DNA of 64,000 nucleotides from a plasmid: sequence record NZ_CP018188.1; one strand, 5' to 3'. Shown piece by piece: positions 27,777 to 39,612 of this stretch (position 1 is its first letter; each line of letters starts with the position of its first letter). The notes under the pieces were generated by a model. It saw only the letters and a program-made list of their open reading frames with translations, ran no database searches and was not told where the DNA came from. The position numbers and the translations under genes were made by a program.

Positions 27777-30603
27777 CTAATAACAATAATGATGGTACTT
27801 CATAATTGGATATATATCTAAGCAACTGATATGCTATCCCTATTTCACCAACCATCATATTAAACACCCTTGTGTGTTGTGGCAAGCCAGATTCCCAACC
27901 AAATTTTTGAGAATTACGAACAATATTAAGCATGATACCTTCTATATCTACTTCATTCTTCAAGGAGTCATCTAAATTCATAAATAATTCCATATTACCC
28001 ATTTTCCCGTGACAAAGGCAATCCGAATTCAAATAACCATTATTTAATACCGTTTGTTTAGCCATTTCATAATTATTTTTCAACTCTTTATCGTTTAACC
28101 ATTTTGATTCTCTATATCTCGTTAATCCGATACCTGTTGCACCATGACACCAATAAATAGGATCTGGCATTCCTAACTCTGAACGTTTTCCTTTATTTCT
28201 AAAATCAATCCAATTTCCATCAGAAATACGGGTATTTTCAAAATCAATAGCTGACTTCGCTATTTTAAAATAATTTAAATTTTTATTGATTTCCCATGAT
28301 AAAAGTAATGCATAAGCAATTCCAGATTGTCCGTGAGATAATCCATTTAGAACTTCTGAATCTGAAAAATCCGATACCCAATAAACCTTATCATCTTCTT
28401 TTTTCACATTATCAATAATAAATTCAGATATCCTATTAATTAAATGATATAGTGTTTTATTTTGCTCTACGTTATATATGTTGCACAGAACAACTAATAA
28501 GCCCGATACTCCAGAAATATAATCTATATTTTGCTCCTCCAGTGACTGGCTGGAAAATTCTTTGATTATATCTAAATATAATTTCTGGTATTGAGTTAAT
28601 TTAAGTCTTTTCCACAAACTAAAGTATAGATAAATCAAACCTCCTTTTCCTAAAAAGACTGACATATCACTACTTTCTATAAGATTCTTTGTGGTTTCCA
28701 GTGTTTTCAATATCTTATTTAATGAGACTAGATATCGCTCTTCACCAAGAATTTGATAAGCATATAAATAACCTAAGGCATTCCCAATTAATCCATTATA
28801 CAAGGTAATGTTCTGAGGAGATATTACCCATTGTTCGGTCTCCGTAATATCAATATTGAGCCATGTCATCTCCTCCTCTGAAGAAAAACTATCCTTATTT
28901 GCATCAATAAATATCTGTCTAACGCTGTCTAAGATTTCCTCATTAAAACTTTGTTTTGAGGATATCGATGGAAAATAATAAGATTTCCCATCTTTCCTCT
29001 CCCAATGTTTAATCGGTTTTTTCAAGACTATTCCAATCAATTCACAAGTGAACTTCATTCTTTCATCATTCAGGGTGGCTATATTATCAAATAACGAGGT
29101 TGTCTTTCCTAGATTTCCAATTACTGTTCCTAAAGAATTATATACATTTCCATTGGGATCCATTGAAAAGTAAGGAATATCACCATTCATCAAGTCTTTA
29201 ATTTCACTATCAACAATAAATTGTTCAATATGTTTTGACTCATATAGTATCGAAAATAGATTCTCCCTCTTTTTTTCTGAGAAAAGATATTTTGGATTCG
29301 TAGAGGCTTGCAAAAATTTTCCATAGTCGGAAGTATTTCTGAATATGGCTCTAGTTCTCAATTTCGGGAAACCATATAAAATTTTTTTGACCTTTGCACG
29401 TTGCGTCATGAGAAATGTATAGCATTCTCTAAATCCTGCAATTACCTCATTAGCATAGTCGAGAGGTTCCACCATTTTCTCATTTAATGTTGGAATATTA
29501 TAGCTATCTTCCTGAAAATAGTCAGTTTTCACTAACTTCATATCCCCACGATTTTTATTTATCAGTTCATACTTCCCCTTTTTTCTTTTTCCACCTTTTC
29601 CACTTATTCCAGAAATGTTAGGAGCGCTGTTTTTCTCAAATTGTACAGGAAATAAACCATTTGAAAGTGATGTCTCATAAATTCTCTGATAAGTATCAAC
29701 AGTAATCCCTTCAAAATTATTAGTTTGTACATTCAACTTTCTTTGAAAAAATGTTTCAACATCAATTAAATATAAATCTCCGCCTGAAACAATCACATTT
29801 TCCATATGTAAGTCCGTAATGGAAAAAATTTCAGAAAATGCTGCTAAAACACCATACTTAAGGTATATTCTCTTTACTTCATCATTATTAGAATTTATAT
29901 AATCCACACCGAGTTGCCAACAATAATCCGCTTTAATTAAGCTTTCAGGAAGACTGAACGAGGGTATATTATTAGATTTCAATAAACTAATAAGTTCTAA
30001 CAAAATGTTGTATGAATCATAACTCTTAGGCTTGTAGTAAATGGATTTCCCTTTAAATTCAATCTTAACAACTGTTTGTTTTTGAGAATGACTATCTCCA
30101 AGTGAAAACTCAACATTACTTAGGGGTGCAGTAATATTAAAACACGACCTTAACTCAGACAAGTCTTTTAAAAATCTATCAAATAGTAAAGAATATGATT
30201 CTTCTATTAATCTGACTTCTCTATTGATTTGTTTTAACAAATACGGATACCTATCAAAAAAATTATTTATTCCATTTTCTTCCTTTATTTGCTGTATATA
30301 TTGCTCATATGCCTCTGACTTATTTCCAATTTCCTTGGAAAAATTATTTATATCTAAAACTAGTGTTTTCATTGAAAGGAACATTACGGTTTCAAATAAT
30401 TGATTTTCAAACTCAATATAAAATAACTTATCTGTCGTTTTCCTCAATAAATAAATATTTTCACTAATAGAAGCATCTAGTATGTCGTAATTAAAAATTG
30501 AGTTAAAGTATTCGTAAAACTGATGTTGCTGATATTCTAACTTTAATTCATTTCTTTTTATCATATTTATCCCTACCATTGCTAAAAAATCCTGCCTAGA
30601 CAA
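27730..30603 (-). CDS. salM: class II lanthipeptide synthetase LanM (957 aa)
   Basis: C-terminal LanC-like zinc motifs IYWCHGATGIG and CLCHGKMGN. The long N-terminal dehydratase region is typical of LanM. Confidence 0.9.
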   Translation of the reverse strand: MSRQDFLAMVGINMIKRNELKLEYQQHQFYEYFNSIFNYDILDASISENIYLLRKTTDKLFYIEFENQLFETVMFLSMKTLVLDINNFSKEIGNKSEAYEQYIQQIKEENGINNFFDRYPYLLKQINREVRLIEESYSLLFDRFLKDLSELRSCFNITAPLSNVEFSLGDSHSQKQTVVKIEFKGKSIYYKPKSYDSYNILLELISLLKSNNIPSFSLPESLIKADYCWQLGVDYINSNNDEVKRIYLKYGVLAAFSEIFSITDLHMENVIVSGGDLYLIDVETFFQRKLNVQTNNFEGITVDTYQRIYETSLSNGLFPVQFEKNSAPNISGISGKGGKRKKGKYELINKNRGDMKLVKTDYFQEDSYNIPTLNEKMVEPLDYANEVIAGFRECYTFLMTQRAKVKKILYGFPKLRTRAIFRNTSDYGKFLQASTNPKYLFSEKKRENLFSILYESKHIEQFIVDSEIKDLMNGDIPYFSMDPNGNVYNSLGTVIGNLGKTTSLFDNIATLNDERMKFTCELIGIVLKKPIKHWERKDGKSYYFPSISSKQSFNEEILDSVRQIFIDANKDSFSSEEEMTWLNIDITETEQWVISPQNITLYNGLIGNALGYLYAYQILGEERYLVSLNKILKTLETTKNLIESSDMSVFLGKGGLIYLYFSLWKRLKLTQYQKLYLDIIKEFSSQSLEEQNIDYISGVSGLLVVLCNIYNVEQNKTLYHLINRISEFIIDNVKKEDDKVYWVSDFSDSEVLNGLSHGQSGIAYALLLSWEINKNLNYFKIAKSAIDFENTRISDGNWIDFRNKGKRSELGMPDPIYWCHGATGIGLTRYRESKWLNDKELKNNYEMAKQTVLNNGYLNSDCLCHGKMGNMELFMNLDDSLKNEVDIEGIMLNIVRNSQKFGWESGLPQHTRVFNMMVGEIGIAYQLLRYISNYEVPSLLLLDVPKGSVESEKNYTD

Positions 30604-30647
30604 AGTCTAAACAGGATTTTTTAGTCTGCTTATCCAGATTGTTTTAA

Positions 30648-30794
30648 TTAACAACAAACGAATATCGAGTTCGGACAGTCATCAGTAATAGTTGCAATCC
30701 AACCTGGACCTCTTTTACCACCAGCTACTTCCATGAGTTCTTTTTCAGAAACTTCTTCGATAGCATTGTTCAAAATATCTTTTGAGTTTTTCAT
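30648..30794 (-). CDS. salA: lantibiotic precursor, salivaricin A-type: MKNSKDILNNAIEEVSEKELMEVAGG-KRGPGWIATITDDCPNSIFVCC (48 aa; not in the ORF track)
   Basis: Hand translation of the minus strand. Double-glycine leader. The core matches the salivaricin A family from memory. RBS AGGGAG upstream. Confidence 0.9.
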   Translation of the reverse strand: MKNSKDILNNAIEEVSEKELMEVAGGKRGPGWIATITDDCPNSIFVCC

Positions 30795-31205
30795 GGCATT
30801 CATTCTCCCTTCTGTTAGTATGTAGTAAATTTTTTCTACGCTCTTATTGTAACCAATACATCTTTATTTTTAGTGAGTAAAAAGTGCAAATATTGTTTTT
30901 TTATTAATATTTTTAAAATGTAAAATATCGCTTTATAAAAAGCAGTCTCTCAAATTTCATTTTTTGTAGCTATTTTACAATCCAATGCCTTCTTATTATA
31001 AAATTAATCCCTTAAATTCAGACTAGGTGACTTAACAAAGAGAAACACTCAAAATAGTGTTTGTCTACTGTCTAAATTTTCTAGCTCTTATTCTTGTTTC
31101 TTGCCGAGAGGTTTGAGTATGAAAAAACAATTTAACTTATACATACTTCTTTTTGAGGTAATTATTATAATATTTTCATCACTACCTTTTTTATAAACTT
31201 TATTC

Positions 31206-31230
31206 AAAAGGAGTCATTCTGACTCCTTTT
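31206..31230. terminator. hairpin aaaaggagtcattctgactcctttt between the SNF2 gene end and the salA upstream region
   Basis: 10-bp perfect stem. The U/A tracts are part of the stem, so it may work bidirectionally. Confidence 0.4.
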
Positions 31231-31362
31231 GAACATAAAGAAAATTTCTAACCAAATATTGAACAGACGGCTATTCCAAATATCTGAAACATTTCAATTT
31301 ATGACAATCAATAATAGAAAAGGATAACATCTCCTCAAGAAGATATTATCCTTTTTTTATGA

Positions 31363-34300
31363 TTAAACGAAATCAAATAGTGAAATTTCTTCGTAGACTT
31401 CTACTTCTACTACCTCATTAACAGAGGTTTCAGTAACTACCTCTGTAGAAACATTGTCATTATGTTCTTCAGTCATTCCAAAGAGTGCAGAAATACTTTC
31501 TAGGAAGACATCAGCCATATCAAGAACTTCTTGTGAAACAACAACATGAGTCGTTTCTTCAACGGTTTCTTGAGCAACTACTACTTCTTCCTCGAAGGCA
31601 GCCTCTGCTTCATCTACTGACTCATCGATAACTTCAACAAGTTCGCTTTCTTCATCAGGATTATAGCTAGCACTATATTCCTCAGTGATTGAGCTAACTT
31701 TTACATCAGAGTCCTCATCCATCTCTGGATGGTCTGCCTTGTACTGTGATTCGAAAGCATTGATAACTTCTTCAATTTGCTCTACAGTAGGCTTCTTAGA
31801 CTCGTCCTCGACTTCGATAAGAGGATTAACAATGGCACGTTTAGCTGATACATAGTCAAGACGAGCTTGATCTGCAAAAACATCTGCAGCTTCTCCTCGC
31901 TTAATAGTTTCTGAACAACGGTCAATGTTTTCCTGTAAGAGTTTGGCTTGTTTATCCATACCATCAATAACATTGTTGATACGCTGGATAGTCCCAATAC
32001 CACTCGCAAAGTCTAGACGAACAGCATAGCTATTTTGACCAATAATATGCAAGTCAAGCATGCGTTCTGGTTGCCAAGGTGATTTTTGTTCCAACGCACG
32101 AAGGACAAAACCACGATAATGAGCAAGGGTTGTCATTTTCATATGTAGTGGATCAGAGGCAACATTCATTTGCATAGCATAGTTCAGTTGATTACCTGCA
32201 ACATCTTTCTTAGTTGCTTCGTATCCATCTGGTTCAAATGTCATAACAAATGGGTTATGTTCAACCTCATATTTCTTACCATCTTCTTTTTCAACCACTT
32301 CTTTCCAAGGTTTTGTCTTTTCTGCAAGCTCTTTATCCTGGACTAATAGAGAAAGTTTCTTCTCGTAATTTTCCTTATCTTTAAGGGCTTGCTTAATACG
32401 TTTTTGAGACAAAGCAATATAACGTTTCCAAGCCTTACGACGATTAGACAACAACTCAAATTCGTTATCAAGTTCCATCTTAAGTTTAAGATATGGATTG
32501 CCTGTCGCAATGGCTTTAAATTCAGAGGCTGAAAGTGTTTGCTCGTCAATATCCTCTGAAGCTCGCATCGGTGTACGACTGGTCATGATTTGCGTAATAT
32601 AACGGAGCTTTGTTTCTTGAATCTGCCAAAGGTAGTTATCAAAACTTCCCTTGGTGATATAGTGGAAAATATTTACCTTCCGATAAATATTTCCTTGACG
32701 AACCAAGCGTCCATTACGTTGGATAATGTCAGACGGTTTCCAAGGCACATCGAGATGATGAACAGCTTTCATACGACGTTGTACGTTAAGACCGGTTCCC
32801 CCTTTTTCCGTTGAAGCCATGAGAATACGAATCTCACCAGCATTCATTTGACGTTGAAGTTTGAGCTTAGCCTTTTTGTTAGCAGCATCGTGAATAAAAG
32901 CAATCTCTTCTTCTGGAATCCCACGTTCAACAAGCAAATCTTTCAACTCTTGGTAAACAGAGAAACCCTTGCCATTAGGAGTTCCTAGGTCAGAGAAAAT
33001 CATCTGTGTCCCTTTATGCTTAGCTTCCTTGTGATAAATCTTATCCACGCGCTCAACCACTTGCATGAGTTTATCTGCATCAGCTCTTACATAGAGCTTT
33101 GCATCAAGCAAACGCATATCTAAAGCCAACTTTCTGGCTTCACTAGTGATTTTGAGCATGTTATCTACACTAGGATCTACACTCCCATTTTTAACTCGGT
33201 CTGAGCGTTCTACAAGCTCGTCCAAATAAACCTTTTGGTTATCAGTCAACTGACTCTCAACCGCTACCTTTTCTACCATAGGAACTGGAAGATTAAGGTC
33301 TTCAGTCATTTGGATATCTGCAGTCTGACGGTAAATTGCCATCAGCTCAGGGAGATTCATAAATTTAGCAAAGCGTTTACGTGAGATGTACTTATCTCCA
33401 GTAGGATTAAGCTCGAGACTATTCTCAACAATCCCAAATGCACCAACCCAAGCGTCAAAGAAACTTACACCGAAATGTTCCATAACATCTGGTTGAAGGT
33501 AATTCATCATGGTATACATTTCACTGATAGAGTTGGAAACAGGCGTACCAGTCGCAAAAACAACATGACGTGTATCATGCTCTTCTTGAAGCACGCGCAC
33601 CTTCATTTCCATATCCATATTCTTTTTTGAGGTACGGTTGGTAATACCAGCAACGTTCCCCAAACGTGTCATAGGACGGACATTCTTGTACCCGTGAGCC
33701 TCATCAACAAAGAGCATATCAATACCAAGGCTTTCAAAGTTGATAAACTCATCAATACCAGTCTTGTTCTCAAGCAACGTTTCTAAGTTTGCCTCAAGAC
33801 TTCTACGCATAGATTGTGCTTGCTTGAATGTGATTCTGTCGTCATTAGCTTTTGCGTAACTAATGATCTCATCAAGCTCATCAATCTTTTCAGAAATAAA
33901 GGCTTGTTCACGTTCTTGTGAGACACGAACTTTCTCAAATTGAGAATGCCCAATCACAATACCATCATAGTCGCTAGTTAGAATACGAGAAACGAACAAG
34001 CGACGACGTGACTTTTCAAAATCCTGCTCAGTCGTAACAAACACTTTCTTGGTAGGATAGAAACGCATAATTTCTTGACCAAATTGTGCTGTTAGACTAG
34101 ACGGAACCACAAACAATGGTTTATGAATAAGCCCAAGCTCTTTCATTTTGAAAGCTGCTGAAATCATAGTTAGTGTCTTTCCAGTACCTACTTCGTGAGC
34201 GAGGAGTGCACGTCTCTCTTCAAGAATACGTTGGACGGCATTCTTTTGGTGAGGGCGAAGCTCTACACCTTTAGCCAAGCCATCAAATTCCAAGAGACTA

Positions 34301-36879
34301 CCGTCATATTGACGTGTTACATAGCGATTAAAGACTTCATTGTAGGTATCTTCAATCACTTCTTGGACTGTTGGGTTTTCATGAATAAAGTTTTTAAAAC
34401 TCTCTTGTAGCACACGTTCACACTCACGTAGGTTTGCTGTAGCCACTTCATCCACCTTACGTTGCGGGTTTTCAGTCGTACCGAAGTTACGCATGATAGT
34501 TGGTTGATTACTTGTAAGCAAGTGAGCCACAATATCTGTTGCGTGTGAGTAGCTTTTATTGTACTCATCACGTAAACCTAAACGTAGGTTAGATTGACGA
34601 TGAATATAGCGGTTTAACAATCGTTCGTTGAAACCTCGTCCAATTCTGGATTTCACTAATAGCGATTTAGCTTCATCAGAATGGAGACCAACTGGTTCAT
34701 CCAAAAGGTTACTAAACACCCATTGAGAAACGACGTTACCAGGAATCCAGCTAGAACCAATACTGAAATCAATATCAGATAAGACAACTGGTTCTGGTAC
34801 AACAGATAAAATCAATTCCAAATAACGTTCCCAATCCGCTTGTGTATCTCCTTCTTCAATAAGGGAGTTAATACAATCACGTTTAGTGAGCACATCACCT
34901 GAAAGGAATTTATCCTTAGTAACATAGTGTACCGTCTTATCATCACTATAGCGTTCCACATCAATCATCACTGTCTCACCTAGTTCTGAAATCATCATGT
35001 CTTCTGAGACATCTGGATAAACAGAACTCATGAGATTCAAATCAACGCCACGACCTTCCGAAAGCGATACATTCAAGGCTTCTACTGCTGACATCACTTG
35101 ATGGAGGTGTTTTTTAGGACGAATAGTTGGCTTTTTAAAAGCATCTGACTTCACAAAAACTACCTTTGAGCTGTCATTCTCGTCCAACTCCTCTAATTCA
35201 AGACTAGCGATAAGAGGATAACGATCATCTCGGTCAAAGAGGCGAGCATTCACCGCTTGATTGATATAGCCATACTTCTTCTTGAAAGTATCGTAGGCTT
35301 GATTAAGTGTTGCAAGCAGTTGTTTGAATTTACCTTCATCATAGTCTGTCGTCATTTGAATATCAATAATGGCTTGATAAGCATTTTTGATAGCAACCAT
35401 GCCACGGATACGCTTGTTTTCTGTATCCGTAAGGGGTGTTTCATAGAAATAAATACCTTTGTAAAGCCCTTTACTTTTAGCTGCTTTAGAAGGTGTTTGA
35501 CTTACCCATGTATTCGTAACAATATTAGGGTCTGCTTCTACTGCTGCTTCAAAGTCTAAAATGGCCTCTTCTTTGTATTTATCATCATATTTTACGAACT
35601 GTCCTTGTTCGTCTTGATAAAAAATCATTTCCGCTGCGCGTGAGCTAGGACGGATAGACGTGTTATCACGATAATAGACACGCCCATTTTTATCACAAGC
35701 ATACTCGTTCAATCGAATATCAAGTGAAGCAAGTAATTCTTGGTCAAGATGATTCACTTCTTCTTTAAGGATAATATCACGAGGTTCTAGTCTCTCCACT
35801 TCGAAAGGCACGGTTACTTTTGATAGTGCTTCTTGAAGCTCTGAAGCTAAATCAAAAGAGCTATCTACCACAAGATCCAGTGTTCCACCATTGAAATTAC
35901 GTACCTGATAATCACCTAGGACACAAGGATTTTTACAAATAGCATCCTGGAAGAAATAGGGATTGAGCGAGACACGTTTATCAAAGGGGAGTTTATTTCT
36001 ATCTGAAGACCAGAAGTCAATATTATTATCGGGAACAGGGATAAAAGCTCCTTTTTGGAAAAATAGGATATCTGTTACCACTCGTGTTCCAGCATCTTTA
36101 AAAGCAGTATTTGGTAAGCGGACACCACCTAAAAACTGAGTTCCGCTACGACGGAGTTCTGGCAGAATTGAACCAGCACTCTTATCTGCAGTACCAGTTG
36201 AAGTGATAGCAGCAACCATCCCATGATAGGGTACCAAATCGATAGCTTTCTTAAAGAAGTAATCATGAATACGATAAGGTTTATTATCATAAGCTTTATC
36301 GACAATGCGAACATCCGCAAATGGAACATTCGTAATGACCAAGTCAAATGGTGTCCCTTCAAAGTTTACTGTTTCAAATCCTTGGACTAAAACAGTAGCA
36401 TCTTGATGAAGGTGTTTAGCAATAGCACCAGTAATGGTATCAAGTTCAATTCCATAAAGAGTAGAATTCTTCTTGATATCCTCTGGCATTGTTTCAAAGA
36501 AGATACCAGTACCCATTGATGGATCAAGAACATTACCTCCTTTAAAACCACTTTCTACAATCTTATCCCACATTGCAGTAGCAATCTCTGGACTTGTGTA
36601 GTAAGCCGTAAGGGAGCTCATTTCCATCGCACGATATTCTTCTTTAGTGACAAGACTTTTTAGCTCATCACGTTCTTTTGCAAAACGATTAATCTTACTA
36701 TCAAAGAAATCGTTAGCAAGTCCTCCCCAACCAACATAGTTAGAGAGAATTTCTTGTTCTGCACTATCGGCTAGACGGTTATCTGCTTCGAGTGCTTTCA
36801 CAAGTTTAATGGCAGAAAGGTTATCTTGAACCTTTTCTGCTTTTGTCATTGTTTTAGTATTATTTTTTTGTTCTTCCAT
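31363..36879 (-). CDS. giant fused N6-adenine DNA methyltransferase plus SNF2-family helicase (1838 aa), ICE/plasmid-type
   Basis: N-terminal [11 protein letters not shown] (an NPPF/Y-like N6-MTase motif). Helicase Walker [15 protein letters not shown] and DEAH-box [11 protein letters not shown], then a helicase C-terminal region. Acidic C-terminal tail. Confidence 0.85.
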   Translation of the reverse strand: MEEQKNNTKTMTKAEKVQDNLSAIKLVKALEADNRLADSAEQEILSNYVGWGGLANDFFDSKINRFAKERDELKSLVTKEEYRAMEMSSLTAYYTSPEIATAMWDKIVESGFKGGNVLDPSMGTGIFFETMPEDIKKNSTLYGIELDTITGAIAKHLHQDATVLVQGFETVNFEGTPFDLVITNVPFADVRIVDKAYDNKPYRIHDYFFKKAIDLVPYHGMVAAITSTGTADKSAGSILPELRRSGTQFLGGVRLPNTAFKDAGTRVVTDILFFQKGAFIPVPDNNIDFWSSDRNKLPFDKRVSLNPYFFQDAICKNPCVLGDYQVRNFNGGTLDLVVDSSFDLASELQEALSKVTVPFEVERLEPRDIILKEEVNHLDQELLASLDIRLNEYACDKNGRVYYRDNTSIRPSSRAAEMIFYQDEQGQFVKYDDKYKEEAILDFEAAVEADPNIVTNTWVSQTPSKAAKSKGLYKGIYFYETPLTDTENKRIRGMVAIKNAYQAIIDIQMTTDYDEGKFKQLLATLNQAYDTFKKKYGYINQAVNARLFDRDDRYPLIASLELEELDENDSSKVVFVKSDAFKKPTIRPKKHLHQVMSAVEALNVSLSEGRGVDLNLMSSVYPDVSEDMMISELGETVMIDVERYSDDKTVHYVTKDKFLSGDVLTKRDCINSLIEEGDTQADWERYLELILSVVPEPVVLSDIDFSIGSSWIPGNVVSQWVFSNLLDEPVGLHSDEAKSLLVKSRIGRGFNERLLNRYIHRQSNLRLGLRDEYNKSYSHATDIVAHLLTSNQPTIMRNFGTTENPQRKVDEVATANLRECERVLQESFKNFIHENPTVQEVIEDTYNEVFNRYVTRQYDGSLLEFDGLAKGVELRPHQKNAVQRILEERRALLAHEVGTGKTLTMISAAFKMKELGLIHKPLFVVPSSLTAQFGQEIMRFYPTKKVFVTTEQDFEKSRRRLFVSRILTSDYDGIVIGHSQFEKVRVSQEREQAFISEKIDELDEIISYAKANDDRITFKQAQSMRRSLEANLETLLENKTGIDEFINFESLGIDMLFVDEAHGYKNVRPMTRLGNVAGITNRTSKKNMDMEMKVRVLQEEHDTRHVVFATGTPVSNSISEMYTMMNYLQPDVMEHFGVSFFDAWVGAFGIVENSLELNPTGDKYISRKRFAKFMNLPELMAIYRQTADIQMTEDLNLPVPMVEKVAVESQLTDNQKVYLDELVERSDRVKNGSVDPSVDNMLKITSEARKLALDMRLLDAKLYVRADADKLMQVVERVDKIYHKEAKHKGTQMIFSDLGTPNGKGFSVYQELKDLLVERGIPEEEIAFIHDAANKKAKLKLQRQMNAGEIRILMASTEKGGTGLNVQRRMKAVHHLDVPWKPSDIIQRNGRLVRQGNIYRKVNIFHYITKGSFDNYLWQIQETKLRYITQIMTSRTPMRASEDIDEQTLSASEFKAIATGNPYLKLKMELDNEFELLSNRRKAWKRYIALSQKRIKQALKDKENYEKKLSLLVQDKELAEKTKPWKEVVEKEDGKKYEVEHNPFVMTFEPDGYEATKKDVAGNQLNYAMQMNVASDPLHMKMTTLAHYRGFVLRALEQKSPWQPERMLDLHIIGQNSYAVRLDFASGIGTIQRINNVIDGMDKQAKLLQENIDRCSETIKRGEAADVFADQARLDYVSAKRAIVNPLIEVEDESKKPTVEQIEEVINAFESQYKADHPEMDEDSDVKVSSITEEYSASYNPDEESELVEVIDESVDEAEAAFEEEVVVAQETVEETTHVVVSQEVLDMADVFLESISALFGMTEEHNDNVSTEVVTETSVNEVVEVEVYEEISLFDFV

Positions 36880-36953
36880 TGTTGTTCTTTCTCCTTAAAA
36901 CTAAAAAAGACCTGGTATAATACCAAGTCTTTCTTTTTCGTTAAAGTAATTGT

Positions 36954-37325
36954 TTATCGTCTCACCAAGTTAGGATGATGATCTTCTAAAACAAATGGCT
37001 CATTATTAAGTTCTGGTATTGATATCCAATAAAAATCATCGGTATCAAAACCGTGCGTCATGGCAATTTCATGCCAGACATCTGGAGCTTTATAAGTATA
37101 GCCTAAAAGCTCTTTTCGATTTTTTCGCCCAAAATCAATTTGACGCCCTTTTAGAAAGTCTACCATACGTTCATAAGTGAATTCTGTATTCAACAGATAA
37201 TCATCTTTTCTTACAAACGTTTCTATAGTCTCACTAACCGTATCAACTAGGTATTTCCCAATCATCCTTTTGTTGTTATATATAATAATAGTCAATTTCA
37301 TTACTTTTATTGTCCCTCCCTGCAT
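36954..37325 (-). CDS. hypothetical protein (123 aa)
   Basis: ORF in the cargo operon. No motif. Confidence 0.4.
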   Translation of the reverse strand: MQGGTIKVMKLTIIIYNNKRMIGKYLVDTVSETIETFVRKDDYLLNTEFTYERMVDFLKGRQIDFGRKNRKELLGYTYKAPDVWHEIAMTHGFDTDDFYWISIPELNNEPFVLEDHHPNLVRR

Positions 37326-37421
37326 TTTACTAGAGAATACATCTAATATTTTCTTTAGTATAGCACAGAAAATTCGAGATTGACTAATAACCTATTGACG
37401 ATTCTATCTTTCTCCTTTTAT

Positions 37422-38969
37422 CTAAAACTGAATGTTAAGCTTTCCACAATGGGCTAAAAATTGTTCTGCTTCTTTCTTTGCCTCTTCATCTGCGGATTTG
37501 TTCCTTTCTCCTTTCAGTTGAATGATCCTATTGTTTTTCAATTCAAGAGTATAGAGAGGGGTTTCTCTGTCAGTTTTATCACGAACAAAGACAATAATAG
37601 AAGTTCCGTAGACAAAGTGTTTTTTTGCATAACTTCCAACACAATGATGTAGGGTTTTGCCTTCTTTGACAATTTCACTTTCGTCTTTAGGAAAGATAAA
37701 AGCATACTTGTCAAATGCGGTCTGAGCCTTCATCATGTTTGTCAAACGTTTAGCTGTTTCAATCTTCAACTTCGCCTCTTTCTTTTCGTCCTCAAGGCGT
37801 TGTTTCTCTTCTCTCAAATCTCTGACAGCATTAGTTACACGTAAATATGTACCACGTGCTTGTTGATTCTCGAGAAGAGCTGAATAATTTTCTACGACCT
37901 CTGTATGTTTGTTTTCCCAATTTTTTGGGATAACTACATAATCTCCATCAAATGGAATTCCCAGAGCTTCTACCATTTCTTGATAGTCCTCATAATCACG
38001 AAGGGAGATATTGTTTTTCATCATCCAGTTAATAAAACGAATTGGTTTCACAGTGGATGGTATGATACTTTCCAAACGCTTAATTAGTGGCTTCTTGTCA
38101 GAAATCATAGCGTTTATAATCAACTCATATAACCCCTCGAAGGTTCGACCATATCGTCTACGCAAATCTTCCTCGAAAAATGCCTTTTCAACATTTATAT
38201 CCGTATTTTTTAGATACGGTTTATTCCTTTTAAGAAAGTTCATGGTAGCCTTCCCCATATTTGTATGCTTGTGCCCAAGACTATATGAGTAATATGATCT
38301 ATAAAACGTAGACCCTACCAAATCTTTGACGATTCCACGCGCCTTGATTTTTTGAGCGAATTCAATACGCTCTCTATATTTATAAAGATGAGGTAGCACT
38401 AAGCTTATCTCAAAATTATCTTTAATCACTTGTCCAAAATCTAAATATCTCAACTCAGACTTTGTTTGTAATTTCTGAATAAGACTTTCCATATCCCCAT
38501 AAAGCGTATAGACACTAAATGCACCAGAACCAAAAAAGAGAGCATTCCTCTGATTTTGGAATCCACTTCTATAGATATCTTTACCTTTTTGGGCTGAAAG
38601 AAATGGATCCCGGTGTGCTTTAACAATCTTATTGTTGGCAAGCTGATAAAAGTTGTAAAGTCTGACTTTGAACTTTTCTTTTCCTTTTTCGAAGGATTGA
38701 GTCACAGAATACATCTGCATTTCAATGCGTTTCTTTGTGACTCCCATCCAGACATAGTAAAAAGTATCACCTACAAAGGTTAAACGGCTGTTAAGTGATA
38801 AGCGTTTTGTAACCTTTTTCGAAAATTTTTTTCGGTCTGAAGAGATAATTGTCCTGGACTTATTAGTCCATTCATAGATAGGAAAATCATTCATCGCCCA
38901 CTTGAAAAATCCGTTAGGAACTTTTAGACGATTGTCAACGATTTCTTGAATAGTCATTTCTTTTGTCAT
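37422..38969 (-). CDS. hypothetical protein (515 aa) with a coiled-coil segment
   Basis: RDLREEKQRLEDEKKEAKLKIETAKRL looks like coiled coil. Function unknown. Confidence 0.45.
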   Translation of the reverse strand: MTKEMTIQEIVDNRLKVPNGFFKWAMNDFPIYEWTNKSRTIISSDRKKFSKKVTKRLSLNSRLTFVGDTFYYVWMGVTKKRIEMQMYSVTQSFEKGKEKFKVRLYNFYQLANNKIVKAHRDPFLSAQKGKDIYRSGFQNQRNALFFGSGAFSVYTLYGDMESLIQKLQTKSELRYLDFGQVIKDNFEISLVLPHLYKYRERIEFAQKIKARGIVKDLVGSTFYRSYYSYSLGHKHTNMGKATMNFLKRNKPYLKNTDINVEKAFFEEDLRRRYGRTFEGLYELIINAMISDKKPLIKRLESIIPSTVKPIRFINWMMKNNISLRDYEDYQEMVEALGIPFDGDYVVIPKNWENKHTEVVENYSALLENQQARGTYLRVTNAVRDLREEKQRLEDEKKEAKLKIETAKRLTNMMKAQTAFDKYAFIFPKDESEIVKEGKTLHHCVGSYAKKHFVYGTSIIVFVRDKTDRETPLYTLELKNNRIIQLKGERNKSADEEAKKEAEQFLAHCGKLNIQF

Positions 38970-39027
38970 TGTTTTTCTCCTTAATCAATAAAAAATGGCC
39001 CTAGGACCATTTTTTATTTCCTTGTTG

Positions 39028-39597
39028 TTAAAATTCCCCTTCTTCAATAGATAAATCTGAAAAAAGATCTAACTGTTCCCCAACCTCTTTAGGCATTTTC
39101 TTTGTTTTTGGGGTCTTTTTAGTCTGTTTCTTTTTAGGCTTCTTGGTTGATTCTTTGCTACCAGTAGTCATTTTACCTACTACTGATTTAGTCTCAACTT
39201 TAGGGGTTTTCTTTTTAGTTTGGCTCTTCTTTTTTGGATTTTTTGTTGGTTTCTTACTACCAGTAGACATCCTACCAAAAACAGAACCTATTTCTACTTC
39301 TTCCGCAGTAAAATACTCCTTAACCCAAGAAAAGACCGTATCATCATCAACCATGGCCCCTTGACCATTTTTATAGTCAGATTTACTGGCTTTTCTGATG
39401 CAGTAACGCATAGCATTCTTAATCGTACGATCAAGGTGTGTGAGGATTCCAGAAATCAGCTCATCATCCTCTTGATGATCAACTATCCAATTATGAATAG
39501 CATCCTCAGTCGGGGTGTGAGCTTCTGCCATTTCATCATCAAAATGGCTTACTGCCATGAAGCGGTCAAAAGCATCAATCTTAATTTTATCTGTCAT
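39028..39597 (-). CDS. hypothetical protein with a lysine-rich repetitive C-terminus (189 aa)
   Basis: Two copies of a G(R/K)M(S/T)TGSK...KKK repeat with a basic tail. Possibly nucleic-acid binding. Confidence 0.4.
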   Translation of the reverse strand: MTDKIKIDAFDRFMAVSHFDDEMAEAHTPTEDAIHNWIVDHQEDDELISGILTHLDRTIKNAMRYCIRKASKSDYKNGQGAMVDDDTVFSWVKEYFTAEEVEIGSVFGRMSTGSKKPTKNPKKKSQTKKKTPKVETKSVVGKMTTGSKESTKKPKKKQTKKTPKTKKMPKEVGEQLDLFSDLSIEEGEF

Positions 39598-39612
39598 TGT
39601 TTTTCTCCTCTT

